From Bacteroidota bacterium (lineage in GTDB: Bacteria > Bacteroidota > Bacteroidia > Bacteroidales > UBA1715): DNA of 64,000 bases. The stretch lies in contig WQTX01000001.1 in the NCBI GenBank assembly GCA_009786075.1, positions 1,592-65,591 on the forward strand, written 5' to 3'. This document shows, one piece after another, positions 54,935 to 63,987 of this stretch. The position numbers and the translations under genes were made by a program. A model generated the notes under the pieces. The model was not told where the DNA came from and searched no databases. It worked only from the letters and a program-made list of their open reading frames with translations. The stretch's first letter is position 1. Every line of letters begins with the position of its first letter.

Positions 54935-57900
54935 CTATTTTTTCACTACACTTATTCGTTTACCATTTATTTGTAAAAAATACACACCATTGGCGTAATT
55001 CGATAAATCAACTTGTGTACCGAATGTTGTAATCAGCAATGCGCCAAATGAATTATATACTTTGATTTCGCTTGGCTCGCTTATGTTTACTATGCCGGTG
55101 GTTGGATTAGGGTAAATTATAAGTGAACTTTCATCAATGGTTTCAATATCGGTTGTTTTCTCTTTGAAAGTTACTACAATTTTGTGATTTTCTGTAACAG
55201 GTGGAAAAGTATAATATCCGTCCAATTGAGCTATTGAATTTATAAGATAATCATTATCAACTTTTATGTAATTTATTTCATAACCATCATTGGGCGTAAA
55301 ATAAAATGTTTGACTTTTTCCTTCATTAACACGAACGTTTCCGCTCGGTTCTATGCTACCGTTTTCGTCTGACGATGCAACAATTGTGTAATAATTTGCC
55401 GGATTATTAATTAGTTTGAAAGTTACTGATATTTCATAATCCTTTTCAACTTTCGGGAAAGTATAACGTCCGTTTGCTTTGGCAGTTGGGTTTATAACAC
55501 CATCAATTTTCACTTGGTCTATTTCATAGCCATCATTTGGCGTAAAAATAAATTCTGGACTACTACCTTTATTAACAGGAACATTTCCGCTTGGTTCTAT
55601 GCTACCGTTTGGGTCTATATTGCCATTTTCGCCTGCCGTAGCAATAATGCTGTAAGTTGTAATTCCGCCTTCTGCGGGAGTTATAAAATCGCCTGTGAAA
55701 ACGGTTAGCATATAGCCGTCGACATTGTAAGGCGTGAGCGAATAATAATATCGAGTATTTGCCGTCAAATTCGGAACAGTGTAGAATAATGTCGATTTAA
55801 GGAAAGGATTGCCGTCAGCATCTAAATTCAATTCTGCAACTTTATTTATATGATTTTCATCGCTGTAAATATTTAATTCGTAATTAATTGCATTGTTAAT
55901 TTTGGGAAAAGTAACATTGGCGGAATTTGGCGTAGGAACAACCTGTACGGCACACTGATAATTTGTAAATACTTTCCAATAAAGTCTTGTTTGGTAATCG
56001 GAAAGATAATTGCAATTAATATATACAGGAATATTTGGGGAAACATTGTTAAAAGTAGAGGATTGTAGCGTTGGCGGTGTAGTGGCGTTGCAAATTATTT
56101 GACTTAATCCTGTGCAACCTGAAAAAGCATAGTATGGAATTGTAGTTACTTTATTTCCTATCGTTATAGTTTCAAGTGTCGTCATTCCCGAAAAGGAATC
56201 ATCGCCACATTGCCCTAAATTTCTACCTAAATGTAAATTTTTTACAGGACAATTTCCAAAAACACCATTATCGCCAGCAGTGCAATAAAGGTATAAAATT
56301 TCAGTACCATCTTGTATATTAATATTTTGTAGTTGTGTGCAATTGTCAAATGCTCGCCAACCAATTACAGAGATTGTAGAAGGAATAATTAATTGTGTTA
56401 AACTACTACAACCTCTAAACGCATCACTGCCGATTGAAGTAATTGAACTTGGGAAATTAATTGTTTGTAAACTTGAACAACCATAAAAGCAAGAAGAAGG
56501 AATTTCAGTAATTAAATCTCCTTCAAATGTTACGGAAGTTAATCTTGTACAATTTTTGAATGGTTGATAATAAGTTGGCAATGTTGTAACTAAACTGCCT
56601 ATTGTTACAGTTTCAAGTGTTGTCATTCCTGAAAACGAACCTGCACCGCATTGTCCTAAATTTCTCCCTAAATGCAAATTTTTCACGGGGCAATTTCCAA
56701 AAACACCATTGTCGCCACTAACACAATAAAGATATAAAATTTCGCTACCATCCTGTATATTAACATTCTGCAATTGAGTACAGTTGTCAAATGCACGCGA
56801 ACCAATTTCAGTGATTGTAGAAGGAATTGTTAATTGTGTTAAACTATTACAACTTCTGAAAGCATTATTGCCGATTGAAGTAATTGAACTTGGAAAATTA
56901 ATTGCTTGCAAACTCGAACAACCATAAAAACAAGAAGAAGGAATTTCGGCAATTAAATTTCCTTCAAATGCTACAGAAGCTAATCCTGTACAATTTCTAA
57001 ATGAATAAGTTGGCAATGTTGTAACTAAACTGCCAATGGTTAAGATTTTAAGTGTTGTTATCCCTGAAAAGGAGTCATCTCCGCATTGTCCTAAATTTCT
57101 TCCTAAATATAAACTTTTCACGGGACAATTACCAAAAACGCCATTGTCGCCACTAACACAATAAAGATATAAAATTTCGCTACCATCCTGTATGTTAACA
57201 TTCTGCAATTGAGTACAGTTGTCAAATGCACGCGAACCAATTGTTGAGACAGTAGAAGATATAGTTACATTGTTCAAATTAGTATAATCTCTAAAAGCAT
57301 TATTTGGAATAGAAGTTACTCCACTACGAATAATAAGTGTTCTTATTTCGGAGCGCCTATCTGTATAATCATTTGAAAAAGTCGGTTTATATTTATCAAT
57401 TTCTGACTGACATAAAGCACCGCTACCACTAATAATAAGTGTGCCACCAATTAATGTGGCAGTAACAGAACAACTTGGTTTTCCATTTCCCCAAGAAATA
57501 TTAGATGCTGCACTATATAAATTGTCTGCATCTCCTAATAAATTGTATATCGAAATACCACAACGTATTCCATAGTAAAAAGTCAGAGGCAATGTCATAG
57601 GTCCGGCTGCGGCTGAAAGTAACGCATTACCACAATGAATAAAAGTACTTGTTATTGAAAGTGTCATCTTAGCTCCATACCAAAGCACCTTAAATTCATC
57701 AGGCGCAAAGTTATCTATAATAATATCTCTAAGGAATTTTTCTCCAAATCCCAACCCGAAACTTGGAAGAGTTGGATTGTCAAACATACCATTCACTAAG
57801 CGACTTAAATTCTCAGGGTTATAAATAGTTTTTTCAACACATTCAGCTAACGTGCTCAAAGCAAAATCCCACGTGTATTCAACAAAACTACTACCCAAAG

Positions 57901-58855
57901 AAGCAAAATCCATTTCAACTCCTTCTATGCTGTTATATACGCCATTGTATGAAAGTGCTGCAACATTACAAGTATTTCCTGCGTAGCCGTCAAAAATAAA
58001 AGTTACGCTATCAGAAAAAATTCTATCAGGCAACCCGTTATTATTGTATTCAACTATCATTTTGATTGCATCTTTTTCATCATCATAAATAGTAAGTCGC
58101 TTGGGTAAATTCTGATTATTTTCTTGATATTCAAAATAATAGACAGTGCCATATAAGTCCATAATAACAGCATCTAAGGTATCGCCCAAATCTTCTTCAA
58201 TAAGAAGATATTGTGGCATGGATTTAAAATTACGCCACACATTTTCTGATTTATAGGCTGTTATTGCCTCTTTGGGAGTAGCAAGATAGATAGACGGAAC
58301 TGTTATGCCACTAAAAACATTAAGGTTATTTATATTTTGTGGCGTAGTTGCCATATTATAAACGGCAGTCAAAGCGGCACAATTTCCAAATGCTTCTTTT
58401 TCTATGGTATCAACACTTTGGGGAATTGTAATAGTAGGCAAAGAAGTACAATTATAAAATGATTGTTCTCCAATTATAGTAACAGTATTGGGAATTGTTG
58501 TTGCTTGCAAGTTTCTACAATTCTTAAACGCATAATTTCCAATATTCGTTACGCCGTCTTCTATAACAACGGTTTCTATGGTATTAAGGTTAGTAATGCG
58601 CCAAGGGGCAACACCGTCAATCGCAGTATCCCAAAAATCAGACATATCTCCACTACCATTAATATACAGAATTTTGCCATCTATATATGCTCTAACATCG
58701 TTTTCCCCTCTGGTATTTTCATTGTCAGAAATAACCCAAGGGCTAATTTTTGTTCCGTTTCCTTCCCACGCCATTACATTGTTTGTAAAGGCAAGCAAAA
58801 CAAATAGCATTGCTATTGTTAAAAGATTTTTTGTTTTTGTAAATTTCTTATTCAT
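54935..58855 (-). CDS. BspA-like leucine-rich-repeat surface protein with Ig-like repeats and a T9SS type-A C-terminal domain
   Basis: Repeated IGxxAFxxCxxLxxIxIPxSVTxI LRR units, two GENGxIxPxG...FTPNDGYEI domains, and the C-terminus IYPNPTTGIVNISEPSEIKVYNSFGALL...GVYFLQINGK. Confidence 0.85.
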   Translation of the reverse strand: MNKKFTKTKNLLTIAMLFVLLAFTNNVMAWEGNGTKISPWVISDNENTRGENDVRAYIDGKILYINGSGDMSDFWDTAIDGVAPWRITNLNTIETVVIEDGVTNIGNYAFKNCRNLQATTIPNTVTIIGEQSFYNCTSLPTITIPQSVDTIEKEAFGNCAALTAVYNMATTPQNINNLNVFSGITVPSIYLATPKEAITAYKSENVWRNFKSMPQYLLIEEDLGDTLDAVIMDLYGTVYYFEYQENNQNLPKRLTIYDDEKDAIKMIVEYNNNGLPDRIFSDSVTFIFDGYAGNTCNVAALSYNGVYNSIEGVEMDFASLGSSFVEYTWDFALSTLAECVEKTIYNPENLSRLVNGMFDNPTLPSFGLGFGEKFLRDIIIDNFAPDEFKVLWYGAKMTLSITSTFIHCGNALLSAAAGPMTLPLTFYYGIRCGISIYNLLGDADNLYSAASNISWGNGKPSCSVTATLIGGTLIISGSGALCQSEIDKYKPTFSNDYTDRRSEIRTLIIRSGVTSIPNNAFRDYTNLNNVTISSTVSTIGSRAFDNCTQLQNVNIQDGSEILYLYCVSGDNGVFGNCPVKSLYLGRNLGQCGDDSFSGITTLKILTIGSLVTTLPTYSFRNCTGLASVAFEGNLIAEIPSSCFYGCSSLQAINFPSSITSIGNNAFRSCNSLTQLTIPSTITEIGSRAFDNCTQLQNVNIQDGSEILYLYCVSGDNGVFGNCPVKNLHLGRNLGQCGAGSFSGMTTLETVTIGSLVTTLPTYYQPFKNCTRLTSVTFEGDLITEIPSSCFYGCSSLQTINFPSSITSIGSDAFRGCSSLTQLIIPSTISVIGWRAFDNCTQLQNINIQDGTEILYLYCTAGDNGVFGNCPVKNLHLGRNLGQCGDDSFSGMTTLETITIGNKVTTIPYYAFSGCTGLSQIICNATTPPTLQSSTFNNVSPNIPVYINCNYLSDYQTRLYWKVFTNYQCAVQVVPTPNSANVTFPKINNAINYELNIYSDENHINKVAELNLDADGNPFLKSTLFYTVPNLTANTRYYYSLTPYNVDGYMLTVFTGDFITPAEGGITTYSIIATAGENGNIDPNGSIEPSGNVPVNKGSSPEFIFTPNDGYEIDQVKIDGVINPTAKANGRYTFPKVEKDYEISVTFKLINNPANYYTIVASSDENGSIEPSGNVRVNEGKSQTFYFTPNDGYEINYIKVDNDYLINSIAQLDGYYTFPPVTENHKIVVTFKEKTTDIETIDESSLIIYPNPTTGIVNISEPSEIKVYNSFGALLITTFGTQVDLSNYANGVYFLQINGKRISVVKK
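56100..57300 (-). repeat. Near-identical tandem duplications (about 435-441 bp, ~2.7 copies) inside the LRR gene; boundaries approximate
   Basis: GCAATTGAGTACAGTTGTCAAATGCACGCGAACCAAT recurs at 56770 and 57205, with a diverged third copy near 56330. The protein unit IGSRAFDNCTQLQNVNIQDGSEILYLYC... repeats. Confidence 0.8.
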
Positions 58856-58898
58856 ACGACTTTAATTTTAAAATTATTGGTTTGTAATTTATTTTTTA

Positions 58899-59074
58899 AT
58901 AAAAATAGCGTGAAACAACCTGTCTATTTGCAGGTTTCCACGCCTATACTCCGGCAAGTTGCTCCACGCCGTAATACACGGCGTTTCGCTAACTATTCTT
59001 GGAGTATAGCCCATAAACGGGGCAAATGTGGAAAATGCAAATACTTAGAATAAAAAGCTATACGCTATTTTTAT
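58899..59074. other. 176-nt nested-helix element (structured RNA or DNA cruciform candidate)
   Basis: Five nested perfect helices: 58899-58911/59062-59074 (13 bp), 58925-58932/59036-59043 (8), 58935-58941/59028-59034 (7), 58944-58952/59001-59009 (9), 58966-58972/58978-58984 (7). They are separated by asymmetric loops. Confidence 0.5.
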
Positions 59075-59203
59075 ATATGTATCATACAGTGCTTGTTGGC
59101 ACTATTTTGGTTTTTTGTTTTATGATTGAGGCAAAGCTATTAAAATATTCTGAATAATTTGCGAATTGTTTTTGAAAATTGGGACAACACCACAATATTA
59201 TTG

Positions 59204-59211
59204 TATTTTTG
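59204..59211 (+). promoter_or_regulatory. -7 box TATTTTTG for the AlbA_2-type gene
   Basis: Exact TAnnTTTG match 18 nt upstream of the ATG at 59229. Confidence 0.45.
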
Positions 59212-59228
59212 TGGCACACTAAAAAATA

Positions 59229-60866
59229 ATGACAGAACAAGAATTACATAAAATCTTATCAGACGCTATTGCACTTCCGGCAGAAATTGAGATTGTTGAA
59301 TTTAAAGAGGCAAAAGAAAGCTACGACTTCGATAAACTCGGCAAATACTTTTCAGCGTTAAGCAACGAAGCCAATTTGAAAGGAAGGTCGTGTGCGTGGC
59401 TTATTTTTGGAGTGAACAATAAACATCAAATCGTCGGTAGCCATTATCGTACCAACCGCAAAAAGTTGGACAGCCTGAAAAAAGAAATTGGCGACAAAAC
59501 CACTCACAATATTTCATTTATAGAAATCTACGAACTCACTACGCCCGAAGGTCGTGTTGTGATGTTTCAAATACCTGCTGCACCACAGGGTATTCCTGTT
59601 GCATTTGAGGGGTATTATCACGGTCGTCTTAATGAAAGTTTGACGGCACTGAATATTGAAAAAATTGAACGAATACGCAATCAGGCAATTGATAGGGATT
59701 GGTCTCGAAAAATTGTTCCCGATGCCACTTTTGACGATTTGGACAAGGAGGCGATTTTGAAAGCGCGGGAGCAATTCAAGTTACGGAATCCGTCTTTAGT
59801 GAACGATGTAGATAATTGGGACGATGTAACTTTTCTGAACAAAGCCAAAGTAACGCTCAACGGAAAAATTACCAATACCGCTATTCTGTTGCTTGGTAAA
59901 GACGAGGCAAGTTCATTGATTTCTCCTGCAATTGCGCAAATAACGTGGGCATTGAAAGAGGAGCCGGGCGATTTTGAACATTTTCATACACCATTTATTC
60001 TAACTGTTGAAAAGGTACTTGCTTGTATTCGCAATTTGAAATTCAGTTATATGGTTGACGATAATTCGCTGTTTCCCAAAGAAGTAACTCGTTACGACAA
60101 GTGGGTAATGCGAGAATTGTTGCACAACTGCGTGGCACACACCGATTACGGTAAAAGCCGTCGTATGATTGTGTTGGAGTACAAAGACAGGTTGATTTTT
60201 CAAAATGCGGGCAGTTTTATTCCCAATTCGGTAGAAGAAGTTATTCGGCACAATAGTCCGCAGGATTATTATCGCAATCCGTTTTTGACCAAAGCAATGG
60301 TTAATCTGAATATGATAGAAACGGTTGGAAACGGAATACAAAAAATCTTTGCCATTCAAAGAGAACGGTTATTTCCAATGCCGACTTACGATATTTCAGA
60401 CGAAATGCACACCAAAGTTACCGTTTTCGGCAAACTTTTGAATGAAAATTACACGTATCAATTATTTTCCCACCCCGAATTACCGATGGAAGACGTGATT
60501 GCTTTGGACAGGGTGCAAAAGAAACAGGAGATTTCCGAAGAGGCAGTAAGTCGTTTGCGTTCATTGAAAATGGTAAAAGGGCGCACAAGTTCACTTGAAA
60601 TTGTTGGAACAGAAAAACCGAATAGTTTGAGCAATAAAGATTACAAACAATTGATATTGAATTTGCTTGCGGAAAAAGGCTCTGCAACGAGAGAAGAAAT
60701 AGAAAAAATGCTTCTGCCGCTTTTGCCACAGGGGTTGCCCGCAGCAAAACAGCAAAAGAAAATATCAAATCTTATTACAGAGTTATCGCAAAAAGAAAGA
60801 AAAATAAAAAATATATCTACATCGGATAAATATGCGGAATGGACTTTGTATATTGAAAAAGATTAG
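59229..60866 (+). CDS. Schlafen/AlbA_2-domain protein with a HATPase_c_4-like middle domain and a C-terminal wHTH
   Basis: N-terminal PAEIEIVEFKEAKESYDFDKLGKYFSALSNEANLKG..AWLIFGV. Middle VMRELLHNCVAHTDYGKSRRMIVLEYKDRLIFQNAGSF. C-terminal LILNLLAEKGSATREEIEKML. Confidence 0.8.
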   Translation: MTEQELHKILSDAIALPAEIEIVEFKEAKESYDFDKLGKYFSALSNEANLKGRSCAWLIFGVNNKHQIVGSHYRTNRKKLDSLKKEIGDKTTHNISFIEIYELTTPEGRVVMFQIPAAPQGIPVAFEGYYHGRLNESLTALNIEKIERIRNQAIDRDWSRKIVPDATFDDLDKEAILKAREQFKLRNPSLVNDVDNWDDVTFLNKAKVTLNGKITNTAILLLGKDEASSLISPAIAQITWALKEEPGDFEHFHTPFILTVEKVLACIRNLKFSYMVDDNSLFPKEVTRYDKWVMRELLHNCVAHTDYGKSRRMIVLEYKDRLIFQNAGSFIPNSVEEVIRHNSPQDYYRNPFLTKAMVNLNMIETVGNGIQKIFAIQRERLFPMPTYDISDEMHTKVTVFGKLLNENYTYQLFSHPELPMEDVIALDRVQKKQEISEEAVSRLRSLKMVKGRTSSLEIVGTEKPNSLSNKDYKQLILNLLAEKGSATREEIEKMLLPLLPQGLPAAKQQKKISNLITELSQKERKIKNISTSDKYAEWTLYIEKD

Positions 60867-61073
60867 TTGTAAAAACAACGAAAAAAGTAGTAAAAATCCA
60901 CAAAACAGCTCATATTCAAATATTTAACATTTTTAAATATTAGTTGTAAAAAGTTGTAAAAAATTAGCAATAAAAATCGAGTTTTTAGCAATAAGAATAA
61001 ATTAAACGACTGATATTGTGTTGTTTGTAATTCTAATAGTTTAGCAATAAAACTGAAAAAATAGTAGTAAAAC
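60864..61073. repeat. Eight dispersed TAG-NNN-TAAAA(A/C) words in the AlbA_2/helicase spacer
   Basis: TAGTTGTAAAAA (60864, 60941), GTTGTAAAAAA (60953), AGTAGTAAAAA (60886), TTAGCAATAAAAA (60964), TTAGCAATAAGAA (60985), TTAGCAATAAAAC (61041), TAGTAGTAAAAC (61062). Confidence 0.6.
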
Positions 61074-61109
61074 AATACCCATAGCCTTTGCGTACCTCAT
61101 TTTTAGATT

Positions 61110-62891
61110 ATGGAACTTACCCAAGAACAATATAACATCATCAACTCGACAGGCAACATCAAAATAAATGCGGTTGCAGGTTCGGGGAAGACTACGACCA
61201 TAATTGAATACGCAAAAGCACGACCAAAAACTGCCAAAATTCTTTATCTTGCTTTCAACAAGTCCGTAAAATTGGAAGCGATAAAGAAATTTGCAGACAA
61301 AGGGCTTGATAATGTGAAAGTTGAAACTGCTCATTCGCTTGCGTATAAGCACATTGTTTTTAAGCACGATTACAAAATTCGAGCACAAGGTTACAAAACC
61401 GGCGAAATTGCGGAATTACTTGGTTTACAAGGAGGTGAAGAAAAATACACCGAATATATTGTAGCAAATCATATCAATAAATTTCTTGCATACTTTTGTA
61501 ACAGCGACAAACAAAAAGTGCAAGAATTAAACTACCTTGATACGATTTCTGACAGTAAAGCCAGAGCATTCGTTTCGACTTCTTACAATTATATAGAGAC
61601 ACAAACTCGTTTACTTTTAGCGAAAATGGATAAGGGCGAAATTGATGTTACGCATGATTTTTATCTCAAAAAATTTCAACTTTCAAACCCAACACTTCAT
61701 TACGATTACATTCTCTTTGACGAGGGACAAGACGCATCGCCCGCTATGCTTGATATTTTCTTTAAACAAAAAGCAACAAAAGTAATTGTCGGCGACACGC
61801 ACCAACAAATTTATGGTTGGCGTTATGCGGTAAATTCCCTTGAAAAAGCCGATTATAAAACTTATAACCTTTCAACAAGTTTTCGTTTCAGTCAAGACAT
61901 CGCAAATTTGGCAATGCAAATGTTAACATTGAAAAAATATATTCAAGATGAACTGCAAATTTCTATCACAGGAAAAGGCAATTCCGATGAAATTGTATCA
62001 AAAGCGGTAATTGCAAGAACTAATCTTGGATTGCTTGTAAAAGCCATTGAATATGTAACCGAGAAGAAAAACGTTAAGAATATTTACTTTGAAGGCAACA
62101 TCAATTCGTACACTTACGCTGATGACGGTGCTTCGCTTTATGACGTACTCAATTTGTACAACGGGAAACACCACCTTATCAAAGACAAGTTAATCAAGCA
62201 AATGAAAAATCTTGAAGAACTTGAAGATTACATTGATAAAACCGAAGATGTACAACTTGGAATGTTAGTTGAAATCGTGAAAGAATATGGCAACAAAATT
62301 CCTGATATTATCAAAAAAATCAAGGAAAAGCACGTTGAAAACGACAAAAAAGAAGAGGCGGAAATGATTTTTACAACAGTTCATCGCTGTAAAGGAATGG
62401 AATATGACACTATTCAAATCGTCAATGATTTCATTACAGAGGAAACTTTGGAAAATCTTGATGAAGACAAAAACAAAATTTTGAATGTTGATAAAATAAA
62501 CGAAGAAATCAATCTTTTGTATGTTGCTGTTACACGAACAAAAAACAGCGTTCATATTCCCTCAACTCTTATACCAAAAGACTTTTTGTCATCTTCGTCC
62601 AAAATTCACGTTATGAAAACGTTGAGCAAAGAAGAAAAAGAAGAACTTGCTGTACAGAAACAAAAAATAGAAAAGAAAGACGTTGCAAATGGCAAAGTAT
62701 ATTCCGTTGAAACAGTAAGAGAAAAACACAAAGATGCTTACAAACCTTGGACTGAGGAACTTGACGAAGAACTAACAATAATGTATTGTGAAGGTATCAA
62801 TGTCAGAGATATGGCGAAACATTTCGGGCGGACAAATGGGGCAATTAGGTCAAGAATTAAAAAATTAGAATTAGAAGAATTGTATGGTTAA
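61110..62891 (+). CDS. UvrD/Rep-like SF1 helicase with a C-terminal Myb/SANT-like HTH tail
   Basis: Walker A AVAGSGKTTTIIEYA, Walker B ILFDEGQD, VIARTN, TVHRCKGMEYDTIQIV, LLYVAVTRTKNSVHI. Tail PWTEELDEELTIMYCEGINVRDMAKHFGRTNGAIRSRIKKL. Confidence 0.85.
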   Translation: MELTQEQYNIINSTGNIKINAVAGSGKTTTIIEYAKARPKTAKILYLAFNKSVKLEAIKKFADKGLDNVKVETAHSLAYKHIVFKHDYKIRAQGYKTGEIAELLGLQGGEEKYTEYIVANHINKFLAYFCNSDKQKVQELNYLDTISDSKARAFVSTSYNYIETQTRLLLAKMDKGEIDVTHDFYLKKFQLSNPTLHYDYILFDEGQDASPAMLDIFFKQKATKVIVGDTHQQIYGWRYAVNSLEKADYKTYNLSTSFRFSQDIANLAMQMLTLKKYIQDELQISITGKGNSDEIVSKAVIARTNLGLLVKAIEYVTEKKNVKNIYFEGNINSYTYADDGASLYDVLNLYNGKHHLIKDKLIKQMKNLEELEDYIDKTEDVQLGMLVEIVKEYGNKIPDIIKKIKEKHVENDKKEEAEMIFTTVHRCKGMEYDTIQIVNDFITEETLENLDEDKNKILNVDKINEEINLLYVAVTRTKNSVHIPSTLIPKDFLSSSSKIHVMKTLSKEEKEELAVQKQKIEKKDVANGKVYSVETVREKHKDAYKPWTEELDEELTIMYCEGINVRDMAKHFGRTNGAIRSRIKKLELEELYG

Positions 62892-62973
62892 ATAGGTTTA
62901 CCGTAAGCATCCGATATTCAGGAGGTGTAATTGATTATAAAATTCAAAAAATGGGAACACCCGTAAAAACGAA

Positions 62974-63987
62974 TTATTTACTCACAACTATATTGTGTGT
63001 TACAATTTCAAATACTTTCCACCAATAGAAGAAAGCCTCTATATTGCTCATTTTCAATTTATTGAGCTTTGTTGGTAGCAGATTTTCTATTATTGCGTTT
63101 TGCAACTCTGAAATGTTGTTTTTGTCAAAATGCTCTACTTTTGTCAAATTGTTTGCTATCAAGGTGGAAAGATACGCAACTTTTGAAGCGTTAATAATTG
63201 CTGTATCAAGCATATATCTTTCGCTGTGAATAAAACTTTGTATGCGTTTTATGCCGTCTTGCAAAAGTTTAAAATTCTCATTATCAATTTGTCCTTGCAA
63301 ACAAACGCAAAGTGAAGTTTGAAAAATATCGTTTAAAACTTGCTGTATATTGTTGAGATTGAGATTTCTATACGCCAATTCTACAACAGCAAATTTTCGG
63401 AATGTTTCAGTTGTAACGCTCAAATCATTTGTAACATCGAACAATGAGGCAATGTCGTAAAGTTGTTTTACAATTTCCATTGAGCACATTTTATTACCTT
63501 TGTAGTAGGGTATTCCTGTTGTGTTTGGTGCAAATGCTGTGAGTTTGTCGCCCAATAAGTCGGCAACGCTCGGTACGTTTACAAAAACTTTTTCGCCGTC
63601 AGTTTTCAAAAGTCGGCTCTCAATTGGCAACTGCACCACATTATTATAATGGATTTCTTCAAAAAGCACATCAAGCAAAATACAATCAGTTTCTGTGTTA
63701 GTGTTGTAAGTTACTTGATAGTAGAATTTTGCGTGGCTTTTTGGAATATTGCGAGTGGTTTTCCGCTCAACCAATTTTATTTCGTTAAAGCCGTATAGTT
63801 CAGCGTTTTTGCTCAAATATTTTACAATATCGGTTTCGGGCGGACAAATAATGTCAATGTCGATAGACAAACGTTTTGCACTATCTAAATGCAACATCAG
63901 CGCAGTTCCGCCTTTAAACACAAACGGACAACCCGATAATGCCAACGATTCCAACAGCGAAAATGCACGAATTGTCTTTTCCAACAT
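62974..63987 (-). CDS. AbiEii/AbiGii-family nucleotidyltransferase toxin
   Basis: N-terminal FVFKGGTALMLHLDSAKRLSIDIDII (NTase G-x-x and DxD region) and a typical ~330-aa length. Confidence 0.75.
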   Translation of the reverse strand: MLEKTIRAFSLLESLALSGCPFVFKGGTALMLHLDSAKRLSIDIDIICPPETDIVKYLSKNAELYGFNEIKLVERKTTRNIPKSHAKFYYQVTYNTNTETDCILLDVLFEEIHYNNVVQLPIESRLLKTDGEKVFVNVPSVADLLGDKLTAFAPNTTGIPYYKGNKMCSMEIVKQLYDIASLFDVTNDLSVTTETFRKFAVVELAYRNLNLNNIQQVLNDIFQTSLCVCLQGQIDNENFKLLQDGIKRIQSFIHSERYMLDTAIINASKVAYLSTLIANNLTKVEHFDKNNISELQNAIIENLLPTKLNKLKMSNIEAFFYWWKVFEIVTHNIVVSK

